From: Bacteroidia bacterium
GTDB lineage: Bacteria > Bacteroidota > Bacteroidia > UKL13-3
NCBI GenBank assembly: GCA_049243005.1
Contig: JBMLOK010000424.1
Span: 9,689-53,639, forward strand
Direction: 5' to 3'
Length of the DNA stretch: 43,951 nucleotides
Under the pieces are notes generated by a model. That model saw only the letters and a list, made by a program, of their open reading frames with translations, made no database searches and was not told the origin of the DNA. The position numbers were made by a program, and so were the translations under genes. This document shows positions 18,986 through 28,516 of the stretch, in pieces. The first letter of the stretch is position 1, and each line of letters begins with the position of its first letter.

Positions 18986-20320
18986 ATGCGTGCCATTACT
19001 CAAATCATTAAAAGTAAAAGCTTTTCCTCTTTGCTCGGGAATGGTATTGGTGCGCTTTTAGGTTTATTAACGTTTGCTTTTTTAGCCAGATTTCTTGACA
19101 AGTCTACCTTTGGTGCTTGGATTGTATTTTTAGCAGTTTATGGCATATTTGATACACTCCGCATTGGAATGGTTTTAAATGCATTGGTTAAAAACTTAGC
19201 ACAGGCAATTAATCCTTCTGAACAAGATCAGGTAATAGGTTCATCATTGGTGATTACCTCAATTATAACCGGACTTTATTTAGTTGTTAACTTAATCGGT
19301 TACATTGTTTGTGTCAGTTTTGATTTGCTTCCGGAATACCATTCCTTCTTTAAATGGTTTGTTTTAATTTCTCTTTTAACTCTACCACATAATTTCTCAA
19401 CCTGGCTGTTAAATGCTAAACTCGAAATTATATCGATGAGCATTATTCGTATATTAAACCAAATTGTTTTTATAGCATATATCTGGTTTTTTATTAAAGC
19501 TAATCCTAGTATCGATCAGGTTTTTATTGGATATGCAATTTCTAATTTAGTTCCAAGTTTACTTTGTGTTTTCTTAGGTTGGGCCGGAATTCAAAAGATT
19601 TTCTCTTATTCAAAAGAAATGATGAGTAAAATTTTTCATTTTGGAAAATACAGCATGGGTACACTTATTGGCTCTAATTTATTAAGAAGTTCAGATACTT
19701 TTATCATTAGTACAATGTTGGGTCCGGGTGGTGTTGCTACTTACAATGTTCCTACTAGAATGATTGAAATTATTGAAATGCCTTTAAGAAGTTTTGCTGT
19801 AACTGCACTACCTCAATATGCAAAACTCTTTGCTGATGGAGCAACTACAGAATTGAAGGCAATTTTCGAAAGAAGAACAGGTTTGGTTTTCTATTTATTA
19901 CTTCCAATTTCCGTTTTAAGTTTTCTTTTTGCCGATTGGATTGTGCTTATTTTAGGTGGAAATAATTATGCTGATTCTGCGATTTTACTAAGATTTTTCG
20001 CTACCTACATGGCTATTCTTCCTTTAGATAAATTCTCAGGGGTTTTATTGGATACAATCAATAAACCTGAAATTAATTTTATCAAGGTAATGATTATGCT
20101 GGTTGTGAATATTTCTTCCGACTACCTTGGCATTTACTTATTCGGAAATCTTGAATCAGTAGCATTTGCTTCTACATTAACCTTTTTATCCGGTATGTTA
20201 TTTGGTTATTACCAATTGAATAAACATCTGGGTTTAAATTTTAAAAATATCCTTGTATTTGGCTGGGATGAATTTCTTCACTGGTCTTTTAAAGTTTTGA
20301 AAATAAATGGCAATAAGTAG
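18986..20320 (+). CDS. oligosaccharide flippase (Wzx-like, MOP superfamily)
   Basis: 444 aa, polytopic (about 12 predicted hydrophobic segments), with polysaccharide-biosynthesis-protein-like organisation and a position inside the EPS locus. Confidence 0.75.
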   Translation: MRAITQIIKSKSFSSLLGNGIGALLGLLTFAFLARFLDKSTFGAWIVFLAVYGIFDTLRIGMVLNALVKNLAQAINPSEQDQVIGSSLVITSIITGLYLVVNLIGYIVCVSFDLLPEYHSFFKWFVLISLLTLPHNFSTWLLNAKLEIISMSIIRILNQIVFIAYIWFFIKANPSIDQVFIGYAISNLVPSLLCVFLGWAGIQKIFSYSKEMMSKIFHFGKYSMGTLIGSNLLRSSDTFIISTMLGPGGVATYNVPTRMIEIIEMPLRSFAVTALPQYAKLFADGATTELKAIFERRTGLVFYLLLPISVLSFLFADWIVLILGGNNYADSAILLRFFATYMAILPLDKFSGVLLDTINKPEINFIKVMIMLVVNISSDYLGIYLFGNLESVAFASTLTFLSGMLFGYYQLNKHLGLNFKNILVFGWDEFLHWSFKVLKINGNK

Positions 20321-21773
20321 ACCAAATACTACAACTTTCTTTTCTCCTGAGGTCAATAATGTATTGATTGGAGCAATGATTCTTATGACCGGTATTACCA
20401 TGTCGATTGTATTGTCGATGGGTAATCTGGGTATTGGTGCTTTAGTAGCTTTCTTACCTGTAATTTTTGGTTTGATTGTGCTAATTATCAATAATCCTCT
20501 TTATGGATTGCTTTTCTATATTAACTATTCATTCTTCTTTACCGGACTAAACAGATACATTGTTGGTGCTCCCTTGGGTTTATCAATTGACGGGGTATTG
20601 TTTTTAACAACCCTATCTATGATTTTCAGGTTAACCAAAGACAATGTTAAACTCTTAAATAATGGTATTTTATATACAACTTTACTTTGGTTTTTATATA
20701 CCTTATTAGAGATAACAAATCCTGATGCAAACAAAATAGGTTCGTGGGTTTACGCAGTAAGGGGGATTTCATTGTATGCTGTACAAACTGTGCCTCTAAC
20801 CCTTTTGTTATTTACTAAAAAGGAAGATTTAAATGCCTTTTTTAAGATTATTTTCGGGTGGGGAATATTCACTGCATTTTGGGGTTGGAAGCAAATTAAT
20901 ATTGGTATCGATGCCTTCGAAAAAAACTGGCTTGATGTTGAAGGTAAATCAACCCACATTCTTGGTGACCAGTTAAGGGCCTTTTCTTTGTATTCAGATG
21001 CAGGACAGTTTGGGGTTACTATGGCTTACGTGGCATTCCTGTTTTTGATTATGGCTTTAGGTCCCTATACAACTCGCAAAAAGTTACTTTATACGGTCGG
21101 TTTTTTTGTTTGTTTGATAGGAATGGGAACATCAGGTAGTCGTGGACCGGTATTCGTAATTTTTGTAGGTATAATTTCATACTTGTTATTGGTTAAAAAC
21201 TATAAAATTTTGTTTCCAGGTATTCTCTCAATAGCCTTGGTATTTTCAATCTTAAAGTTCTCCTATATTGGTAATGCTAACTATCAGATTTATCGTGTAA
21301 GAACAGCTCTTGACCCCAAAGAAGCCTCATTATTGGTTCGATTGGAGAATCAGGCAAAGTTGCGTAAATATTTAGAGACAAGACCATTTGGTTCGGGTAT
21401 TGGTACTACCGACGTTTGGGCAAAAAGATTTTACCCCGGTTCTTATTTGGCTAATTTGCCTACAGATAGCTGGTTTGTAAAAATCTGGGCTGAAAATGGA
21501 GTAGTCGGATTAAGTATTTATGCCTTTTCATTGGCCTTTGTAATTGTAATGGGTGTTGTAAATATTCGTAAATTAAGAAATCCTGATACCCGTCAAAAAA
21601 TGATTGCTTTATATGGTGGATTTTTGGGAATTGTTGTTGCAAGTTTTGGTAATCCGGTATTCGGACAAGCTCCATTGGGAGCTTTGATGTACATCTCGAT
21701 GACAATTCTTAGTACTGCAACTTTATTCGATTATGATGTGGTGGGTAAAAAAGGATTATTAAAGAATGCATAA
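20307..21773 (+). CDS. O-antigen ligase/polymerase-family membrane protein (Wzy-like)
   Basis: 488 aa, polytopic, with the Wzy_C-type motif region MGTSGSRGPVFVIFVG and a large periplasmic loop. The start is uncertain because of a 14-nt overlap with the flippase gene. Confidence 0.75.
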   Translation: MAISRPNTTTFFSPEVNNVLIGAMILMTGITMSIVLSMGNLGIGALVAFLPVIFGLIVLIINNPLYGLLFYINYSFFFTGLNRYIVGAPLGLSIDGVLFLTTLSMIFRLTKDNVKLLNNGILYTTLLWFLYTLLEITNPDANKIGSWVYAVRGISLYAVQTVPLTLLLFTKKEDLNAFFKIIFGWGIFTAFWGWKQINIGIDAFEKNWLDVEGKSTHILGDQLRAFSLYSDAGQFGVTMAYVAFLFLIMALGPYTTRKKLLYTVGFFVCLIGMGTSGSRGPVFVIFVGIISYLLLVKNYKILFPGILSIALVFSILKFSYIGNANYQIYRVRTALDPKEASLLVRLENQAKLRKYLETRPFGSGIGTTDVWAKRFYPGSYLANLPTDSWFVKIWAENGVVGLSIYAFSLAFVIVMGVVNIRKLRNPDTRQKMIALYGGFLGIVVASFGNPVFGQAPLGALMYISMTILSTATLFDYDVVGKKGLLKNA

Positions 21774-22687
21774 TGGAAAATCAACCAAAAATTACCATTA
21801 TCACCGTTAATTATAATGGTTTAATTTACACAGAAGCTTTTTTGAATTCTCTTCGAAAAATTACCTATAAGAATATAGAAATTATAGTTGTTGATAATGC
21901 TTCTCCTCAAGGTGTTGGTAATTTGCAATCAGATTTTCCAGAGATTAAATTGATACTGAGTTCTGAAAATCTTGGTTTTGCAGGAGGTAATAATTTAGGC
22001 ATCAAAGAAGGTTCGGGAAAGTATTTCTTTCTATTAAATAATGATACGGAAGTTGAACCCGGTTTTATTGAACCATTGGTTGAATTAATGGAGTCAAATC
22101 CGCAAATTGGAATTTGTTCATCAAAATTAGTTTACTACTCCCAACCCGATACATTGCAATTTGCAGGTAGCACCGGAATAAACCCTTATACAGGAAGAGG
22201 TTTTGCTATTGGTCATGGTGAAAAAGATGAAGCTAAATTTGATAAAAGCTACAAAACTTTACTTGCTCATGGCGCCGCAATGATGATCAGCAGAGCTGCA
22301 ATAGAAAAGGTTGGAATGATGGCGGAATTGTTCTTTTTGTATTATGAAGAAACAGATTTTTGTGAAAGAATAAAAAGAGGTGGATTCGAAATTTGGTATT
22401 GCGGAAAGTCAAAAGTTTACCACAAAGAATCCATGTCGGTGGGCAAAGAAAGCCCAATGAAAGTGTATTATTTAACCAGAAATCGAATTATTTATACCAG
22501 GAGGAATACAAAAGGACTACAGAAACTGCTAGCACTCAGCTTTTTTTATAGCTTTTCATTTCCGAAGGGAATTTTTAAGTATCTTTTGAGAAAAGAGTTT
22601 AAATTGCTTGCATCCTTTTGGCAAGGTGCCATTTGGAATTTGTACCATTTTCAAATCTATTCAAACACAGGTTTGATCATAAAGTAA
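21773..22687 (+). CDS. glycosyltransferase family 2 (soluble GT-A type)
   Basis: 304 aa: ITIITVNYNG, VVDNAS, GFAGGNNLG, LLNNDTEV. TAATG overlap with the upstream gene. Confidence 0.85.
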   Translation: MENQPKITIITVNYNGLIYTEAFLNSLRKITYKNIEIIVVDNASPQGVGNLQSDFPEIKLILSSENLGFAGGNNLGIKEGSGKYFFLLNNDTEVEPGFIEPLVELMESNPQIGICSSKLVYYSQPDTLQFAGSTGINPYTGRGFAIGHGEKDEAKFDKSYKTLLAHGAAMMISRAAIEKVGMMAELFFLYYEETDFCERIKRGGFEIWYCGKSKVYHKESMSVGKESPMKVYYLTRNRIIYTRRNTKGLQKLLALSFFYSFSFPKGIFKYLLRKEFKLLASFWQGAIWNLYHFQIYSNTGLIIK

Positions 22688-22693
22688 GAAATT

Positions 22694-23875
22694 ATGCCTA
22701 TACTCATTGAAATACTACTTTGGATTCTGTTTGGTGTACTTGCACTAAATGTAAGTTATTTCCTCTTTTTTAGCATGGGTAGTTTAATCCCTCGAAAACC
22801 CAAATATGCTAAGGTAGAAAAATACAACAATTTCCTAGTAATGATTCCGGCTTATAAGGGTGATGAAGTTATTATTCACACAGTTGAAGAAAGCTTCAAA
22901 CAGAATTATCCTCAGGAACATTATCGCATTTGTGTTATTGCTGATAAGCTTCAACCAGAAACAATCAAAGAATTAAATACACATCCTGTTTCTGTAGTTG
23001 AGGTTAAATTTGAAAAAAGTACCAAATCAAAATCATTAAATGCCGCCCTTGATGCAATGGAGGGTTCGGTTTTTGATTATGTTGTTTTGTTGGACATTGA
23101 TAACATTATGGACCCCGCATTCCTTGAAAAGATGAATGCGTTGTTACAACACAATGAAGTTGTAGTGCAGGGACATAGAATGGCTAAAAACTTAAATACT
23201 CCATTTGCAATTTTGGATGCAATAAGTGAGGAAATTAATAACAGTATCTTTAGAAAAGGTCATTATAAACTCGGTCTTTCTTCTGCTTTAATTGGTTCAG
23301 GAAAAGCGATGAGATATGATATTTTTAGAGATATCATGAGAAAGATTGACGCTGTTGGTGGATTCGATAAAGAAATGGAAATTTACTTAATTAGTGCAGG
23401 TATCAGAATTGGATATGACCATACTGCAATTGTGTTGGACGAAAAAGTACAATTACCTGAAGTATTTCAGAACCAAAGAAGAAGATGGTTATCGGCTCAA
23501 TTGGCTTACATGAAAAAATTTGCCTTCAAAGGCATCATCAAAGGTATCTTTACCTTTAAACCCGATTTACTTGATAAAAGTATCCAGTTGACTTTATTAC
23601 CTAGAGCAATTACTATTGGTACTTTAGGAATTTTTGGAGCTCTGTATTTTGTTGGTTTTGAAATGGGGAAATACTTTTTGATGTTATTAGGCTTAAATAT
23701 TTTAGCCATGTGGATTGCTTTACCAAGAAGATTTTATCATCCAAAATATTTAAAGGCCATACTTTATTTCCCAAGTGTTTTTATGTTGATGTTTATGAAT
23801 TTCTTTAAGTTAAAAGGAGCGAATAAAACATTCATTCATACACCTCATCAAGTAAACCAAGATAAAAAGAAATAG
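22694..23875 (+). CDS. membrane-embedded GT2, synthase-like (QxxRW motif)
   Basis: 393 aa: an N-terminal TM, a GT-A core (VMIPAYKGDE; LLDIDN), QNQRRRW, then C-terminal TM segments. Confidence 0.75.
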   Translation: MPILIEILLWILFGVLALNVSYFLFFSMGSLIPRKPKYAKVEKYNNFLVMIPAYKGDEVIIHTVEESFKQNYPQEHYRICVIADKLQPETIKELNTHPVSVVEVKFEKSTKSKSLNAALDAMEGSVFDYVVLLDIDNIMDPAFLEKMNALLQHNEVVVQGHRMAKNLNTPFAILDAISEEINNSIFRKGHYKLGLSSALIGSGKAMRYDIFRDIMRKIDAVGGFDKEMEIYLISAGIRIGYDHTAIVLDEKVQLPEVFQNQRRRWLSAQLAYMKKFAFKGIIKGIFTFKPDLLDKSIQLTLLPRAITIGTLGIFGALYFVGFEMGKYFLMLLGLNILAMWIALPRRFYHPKYLKAILYFPSVFMLMFMNFFKLKGANKTFIHTPHQVNQDKKK

Positions 23876-23883
23876 ACTGTTTA

Positions 23884-25179
23884 ATGATTTATCAGGCCTT
23901 ATATATTATTGAATTAATCCTCCTTTGTTATCTGGGCTTTAATGTCTTGTATGTTTCTGTGTTTTCTATTGCAGGTTCATTCTATAAGCGCACGGATTTC
24001 AGAACTAATAAAGTTGAAAAATACAATCGTTTTGTAATTCTGATTCCGGCATATAAAAGTGATGAGGTTATTTTAAACACTGTTGGTCATGCTTTAAATC
24101 AAAATTATCCAACAGAAAAGTTTGATGTAATTGTAATTGCCGATTCTTTAAAACAATTAACGATTGGCGAACTATTAGTCATGCCAATTAAACTTATTCC
24201 TGTTCAATTTGAAGTTAGTACCAAAGCAAAATCATTAAATACTGCTTTAGGTTTATTACCTGATAACGCTTATGATTATTGTGTAGTTTTAGACGTAGAT
24301 AATATCATGGAGCATGATTTTTTGAAAAAGATAAATGCTCGTCTACAAAATAATGAATTGGTAGTTCAAGGACATCGTACAGCAAAAAATTTAGATTCTG
24401 CATTTGCCATTTTAGATGGAATTAGTGAAGAAATTAATAACCATATTTTCAGAAGAGGACATGTAGCATTTGGCTTGTCAAGCGCTCTTTCAGGCTCAGG
24501 ACAATCTATTAATTATAAGTTTTTCAAAGAAGCAATGTTCAATATTCATTCTCCTGTAGAAGATAAGGAACTTGAATTTTATCTGGTTAAAAACAATATC
24601 AAAGTTTTATTCGAAGAAGATGCATTGGTTTTTGATGAGAAGGTTCAAAACTCAGCTGTCTTTATGAAACAAAGAAAAAGATGGGTGGCTTCTCAATTCT
24701 TCGATTTTAATTCTGTTCTATTAGAAGGTATAGCAAACTTGGTATTACAAGGAAATTTCGACTTTTTCGATAAAGCTTTACAAAGAATATTAATGCCTAG
24801 GGTTCTTTTATTAGGCTTATCGTTTTTTATGGCATTAACTGTAATCACTCCAATTTTTCATTTTGGACCTGTATTTTTTGCCATGTTTATATTGGTTGCT
24901 TTTAGTTATTTAATTGCCATACCAAGTCACTTCTTTAATTCAAATACATTCTTTGCTGCTTTACGTGTTCCTCAGGCTTTTCTATTAATGGTATTAGCTA
25001 TGTTCAGAAGTAAAGGAGCTGCGAAAGTGTTCAATCATACACAACACACCACCATTGTTGGAGCAAAAATTGTTGGTTCTGCTCAGGACTATCAGGAAAA
25101 TCAAAAGCAAATCAATCTAACCAAACAACAAGGTGAAATTTTAACTCTTAATAGCAATAGCAATGAGAATAGGAATTGA
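23884..25179 (+). CDS. membrane-embedded GT2, synthase-like (QxxRW motif), tandem paralog of the preceding gene
   Basis: 431 aa, colinear with 22694-23875 at roughly half of positions by eye (ILIPAYKSDE; VLDVDN; VVQGHRTAKNL; ISEEINN; KQRKRW). It carries an extra Q/N-rich C-terminal tail. Confidence 0.75.
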   Translation: MIYQALYIIELILLCYLGFNVLYVSVFSIAGSFYKRTDFRTNKVEKYNRFVILIPAYKSDEVILNTVGHALNQNYPTEKFDVIVIADSLKQLTIGELLVMPIKLIPVQFEVSTKAKSLNTALGLLPDNAYDYCVVLDVDNIMEHDFLKKINARLQNNELVVQGHRTAKNLDSAFAILDGISEEINNHIFRRGHVAFGLSSALSGSGQSINYKFFKEAMFNIHSPVEDKELEFYLVKNNIKVLFEEDALVFDEKVQNSAVFMKQRKRWVASQFFDFNSVLLEGIANLVLQGNFDFFDKALQRILMPRVLLLGLSFFMALTVITPIFHFGPVFFAMFILVAFSYLIAIPSHFFNSNTFFAALRVPQAFLLMVLAMFRSKGAAKVFNHTQHTTIVGAKIVGSAQDYQENQKQINLTKQQGEILTLNSNSNENRN

Positions 25180-26296
25180 GGCGCAAAGAATCTTCAGAAC
25201 TAAAAAGCATGGCATGGATATGGTTGCCCTTGAGTTAGTGAAACATCTATACGAGGTTGATCAAAAGAATGAATATGTTGTTTTTGTTAAAGAAGATGAT
25301 GACCATGCCTGTTTACCTTCTTTTCCAAATGTTGAATTAAAAGTTTTACCTTCTTCTCCTTATCCAGTTTGGGAACAATGGTTATTACCTAAAGCAGCTA
25401 AAAAAGCCGGTGTAGAGCTTTTACATTGTACCAGTAATACCGCTCCGGTTTTTCCCGGAATGCCTTTGGTTATTACTTTACATGATATTATTTATTTAGA
25501 GAAACTACATGTTAAAGAAGGCACTACATATCAAAAGTTTGGTAACTTATACCGTCGTTGGAATGTACCAAGTGTGGTTGATAAAGCTGAGATGATTATC
25601 ACCGTTTCTGAATTCGAAAAAAACAGAATATGTGATCATTTTGGTTATGAGAATAATCGTGTTGAAGCAATTTACAATGGAGTAAGTCGCCATTTTAACA
25701 GAGTAGAAGATCCTCATAAACTGGCAGAAGCTAAAAAGAAATTCAATTTACCCGATAAATTTATCTTCTTTTTGGGTAATACCGACCCTAAAAAAAATGT
25801 TCATGGGGTTTTAAAAGCACTCAGTATTTTAAAACACAATGGTGAATTACCTTGTAAATTACTTATGCTGGATATCAATAGAGATTACCTTGCAAGAGTA
25901 GCAAATGAAATTAATGATCCTGGAATTTTGGATGAGATTCAATTTACAGGTTATATTCCAAATGCTGATTTACCTGCTATTTATAGTCAGGCAAGTTTGT
26001 TTTTATATCCATCATTAAGAGAAAGTTTCGGAATTCCGATGATTGAAGCAATGAGATGCGGAGTACCTGTTATCACTTCAATTACCTCTTGTATGCCTGA
26101 AGTAGCAGGAGGTGCTGCTTTGTTAACAGACCCTTTTCAGCCAGAACATCTTGCTGCATCTATTAGGGACTTAATCCACAATGAAGCCAAAAAGAAGGAG
26201 CTTGTAGCCCTTGGTTATGAGCGAAGTAAATTGTTTTCATGGGTTGAAAATGCCCGAAAAACAGTTGATATCTATCACCAAATATTGAATAAATAA
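25163..26296 (+). CDS. glycosyltransferase family 4 (GT-B)
   Basis: 377 aa: MRIGIEAQRIF..., then the EX7E-type region PSLRESFGIPMIEAMRCGVPVITS. Confidence 0.85.
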   Translation: MRIGIEAQRIFRTKKHGMDMVALELVKHLYEVDQKNEYVVFVKEDDDHACLPSFPNVELKVLPSSPYPVWEQWLLPKAAKKAGVELLHCTSNTAPVFPGMPLVITLHDIIYLEKLHVKEGTTYQKFGNLYRRWNVPSVVDKAEMIITVSEFEKNRICDHFGYENNRVEAIYNGVSRHFNRVEDPHKLAEAKKKFNLPDKFIFFLGNTDPKKNVHGVLKALSILKHNGELPCKLLMLDINRDYLARVANEINDPGILDEIQFTGYIPNADLPAIYSQASLFLYPSLRESFGIPMIEAMRCGVPVITSITSCMPEVAGGAALLTDPFQPEHLAASIRDLIHNEAKKKELVALGYERSKLFSWVENARKTVDIYHQILNK

Positions 26297-26352
26297 TTAA
26301 GAAAAAATCCTCAAATTGCATTTATAAAGCCCCCTGATAAAATTTTAAAAAC

Positions 26353-27123
26353 ATGGAAACTACATACAGATCAGCAACCACCTATTCAGATATAGAAGAT
26401 ATCAAAAGGTTAGATTTCATTGTGAATTCAATTAAAGCAATGAATAATCCTGATGCCAAAATCCTGGATATTGGATGTGGTAATGGAAATATTAGTCTTG
26501 CTTTAGGTTCATTGGGATACAATGTTACCGGAGTAGATATTGACCAGGCTTCAATTGATACTGCAAGTAGCAGAAATACATTTTCAAATGTGAAATTTGA
26601 AGTTTTAGATGCCAATTCATTTGCATTAAATGATGCTTTTGATGCAGTAGTTTGTTCTGAGGTTCTTGAACATCTTCATAAACCTTATGAATTACTTGAA
26701 AGTATTTACCGCATTTTAAAACCGGGTGGTGTTTTTGCAGCAACTGTTCCTAATGGATATGGTCCTCGCGAAATGCTAATCACTAGACCAATGCAATGGT
26801 TAGGTAAACATAATTTAGATAAAGGTATCATTGCTTTCAAAAAACTTTTAGGATATAGTGCAAAAACTTTACAGTCATCAAATGAAGATTTAACTCACGT
26901 TCAGTTTTTTAGTGTGGGTGGTTTCAATCGTTTACTAAAAGGTGTTGGATTCAAAGCTCTTGAATACCAAAATGCCGATTTCCTTGAAAGAATTTTCCCG
27001 TTTTCATTGCTTACCAGAAGAATTAAAGCTTTACAAAGTTTTGATTGCTGGTTAGTTGATTTTTTACCTCGTCATTTTACCTGCGGTTTTTATACTTCAT
27101 GGACAAAACTAGGCAAACAATAG
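26353..27123 (+). CDS. class I SAM-dependent methyltransferase
   Basis: 256 aa: motif I ILDIGCGNGNIS, then VTGVDID and VVCSEVLEHL. Confidence 0.8.
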   Translation: METTYRSATTYSDIEDIKRLDFIVNSIKAMNNPDAKILDIGCGNGNISLALGSLGYNVTGVDIDQASIDTASSRNTFSNVKFEVLDANSFALNDAFDAVVCSEVLEHLHKPYELLESIYRILKPGGVFAATVPNGYGPREMLITRPMQWLGKHNLDKGIIAFKKLLGYSAKTLQSSNEDLTHVQFFSVGGFNRLLKGVGFKALEYQNADFLERIFPFSLLTRRIKALQSFDCWLVDFLPRHFTCGFYTSWTKLGKQ

Positions 27124-27124
27124 T

Positions 27125-28294
27125 ATGAGTATTTTTGAATGTATTTTTTGGATTGGAATTGCAATTGTCTTTTATAGCTATATCGGCTATGGAATTCTGC
27201 TATATTTTCTTGTAAAATTGAAGAACATTTTTTCTTCTCCAAAACAATATGATTTAAAGTACGAGCCTACTGTTAGTTTAGTTGTTCCTTGTTTTAATGA
27301 AGCTGATTATATCGAAGAAAAAATTAAAAACAGTTTACAATTAGAATATCCTAAAGAAAAACTTCAATTAATTTTTATTAGTGATGGTTCAAACGATGAT
27401 ACTGCATTAAGAGTTTCAAAATATCCACAGGTATTAGCACTTCACGAAGATGCCCGAAATGGTAAAGCAGCAGCTATGAATCGTGCCATGCAGTTTGTAA
27501 CAGGTGAAATTGTTGTATTCTGTGATGCTAATACAGATATCAACCCTGAAGCAATCAGAGAAATGGTTAAACATTATGCTGATTCTGAAGTAGGTGCTGT
27601 TACCGGAGAAAAACGAATTATCACCAAGGATAAAGAAAATGCAAGTGGTGCAGGTGAAGGCATTTATTGGAAGTATGAAAGCTTTTTGAAACAATTGGAT
27701 TCTGATTTTTATACAATTGTTGGTGCTGCAGGTGAATTAATGAGTTATAGAAAATCTCTATACAAAGAATTACCTAAAGATTCTCTTTTAGATGACCTGA
27801 TGCAAAGTATGCAAATCGCTCTTGAAGGTTACCGAGTTATTTATGAAAAGAACGCATATGCTGCTGAAACTGCTTCTGCGAATGTAGGTGAAGAACTAAA
27901 AAGAAAAATTAGAATTGCTGCAGGTGCATGGCAAAGTATGAGTCGTTTGCCCAAAGCATTTAATATCTTCTCGAATTTTAAAGTGAGTTTCTTATTCATT
28001 TCTCATAGAGTTTTAAGATGGACATTAGCCCCTTTATCATTATTGGTTTTATTGATTGTTAATTTTCTGCTTATGATAAATATTGGTGGTATTTATACTC
28101 CAATTATGGTAGCTCAGATTTTATTCTATTCAATGGCTTTACTTGGTTGGTACCTTGCCAATAAACAAATAAAGGTCAAAATTCTATTCGTTCCTTATTA
28201 CTTTTTTATCATGAATCTTTGCATGTACCTCGGACTCGCTAGATTTCTAAAAGGAAAACAAAGTGCTAATTGGGAAAGAGCCAAAAGAGCTTAA
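27125..28294 (+). CDS. membrane-embedded GT2 (Glyco_tranf_2_3-like)
   Basis: 389 aa: an N-terminal TM, VSLVVPCFNE, FISDGSNDDT, VFCDAN, RKIRIAAGAWQS, and 3-4 C-terminal TM segments. Confidence 0.8.
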   Translation: MSIFECIFWIGIAIVFYSYIGYGILLYFLVKLKNIFSSPKQYDLKYEPTVSLVVPCFNEADYIEEKIKNSLQLEYPKEKLQLIFISDGSNDDTALRVSKYPQVLALHEDARNGKAAAMNRAMQFVTGEIVVFCDANTDINPEAIREMVKHYADSEVGAVTGEKRIITKDKENASGAGEGIYWKYESFLKQLDSDFYTIVGAAGELMSYRKSLYKELPKDSLLDDLMQSMQIALEGYRVIYEKNAYAAETASANVGEELKRKIRIAAGAWQSMSRLPKAFNIFSNFKVSFLFISHRVLRWTLAPLSLLVLLIVNFLLMINIGGIYTPIMVAQILFYSMALLGWYLANKQIKVKILFVPYYFFIMNLCMYLGLARFLKGKQSANWERAKRA

Positions 28295-28335
28295 TTTTTT
28301 GTGTATTCTTGACGAATTTCTTATAATTTTACAAT

Positions 28336-28372
28336 AGCTGATTGATTTGTTTCAATCGGCTATTTGTTTGTT
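28336..28372 (+). terminator. candidate rho-independent terminator closing the EPS operon
   Basis: Stem AGCTGATTGA (28336-28345) and TCAATCGGCT (28352-28361) with one G-U pair and a 6-nt loop, followed by the T-rich ATTTGTTTGTT. Confidence 0.45.
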
Positions 28373-28516
28373 AATCAATATTTTATTATTGCTTTTTTTG
28401 AAATTACTTAGCTAGTTTTCTAACTGTTTTTAATTTGATAACTTTAATCTGGTTTTTGTTTTTGGACAGTTAATAAAATTAGCTTAATTTTAGCAGATTT
28501 ATATAAACTAAGAAAA

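Noticed and set aside
11284-27694. Short track ORFs nested in EPS-locus genes: 11284-11484, 12914-13273, 13346-13612, 14050-14244, 14314-14514, 15520-15723, 17256-17531, 20234-20491, 20525-20734, 20750-20959, 21460-21705, 23506-23709, 26382-26615, 26525-26743 and 27434-27694.
   Set aside because: Each lies antisense or out of frame within a longer ORF with clear family motifs. None has a signal of its own.
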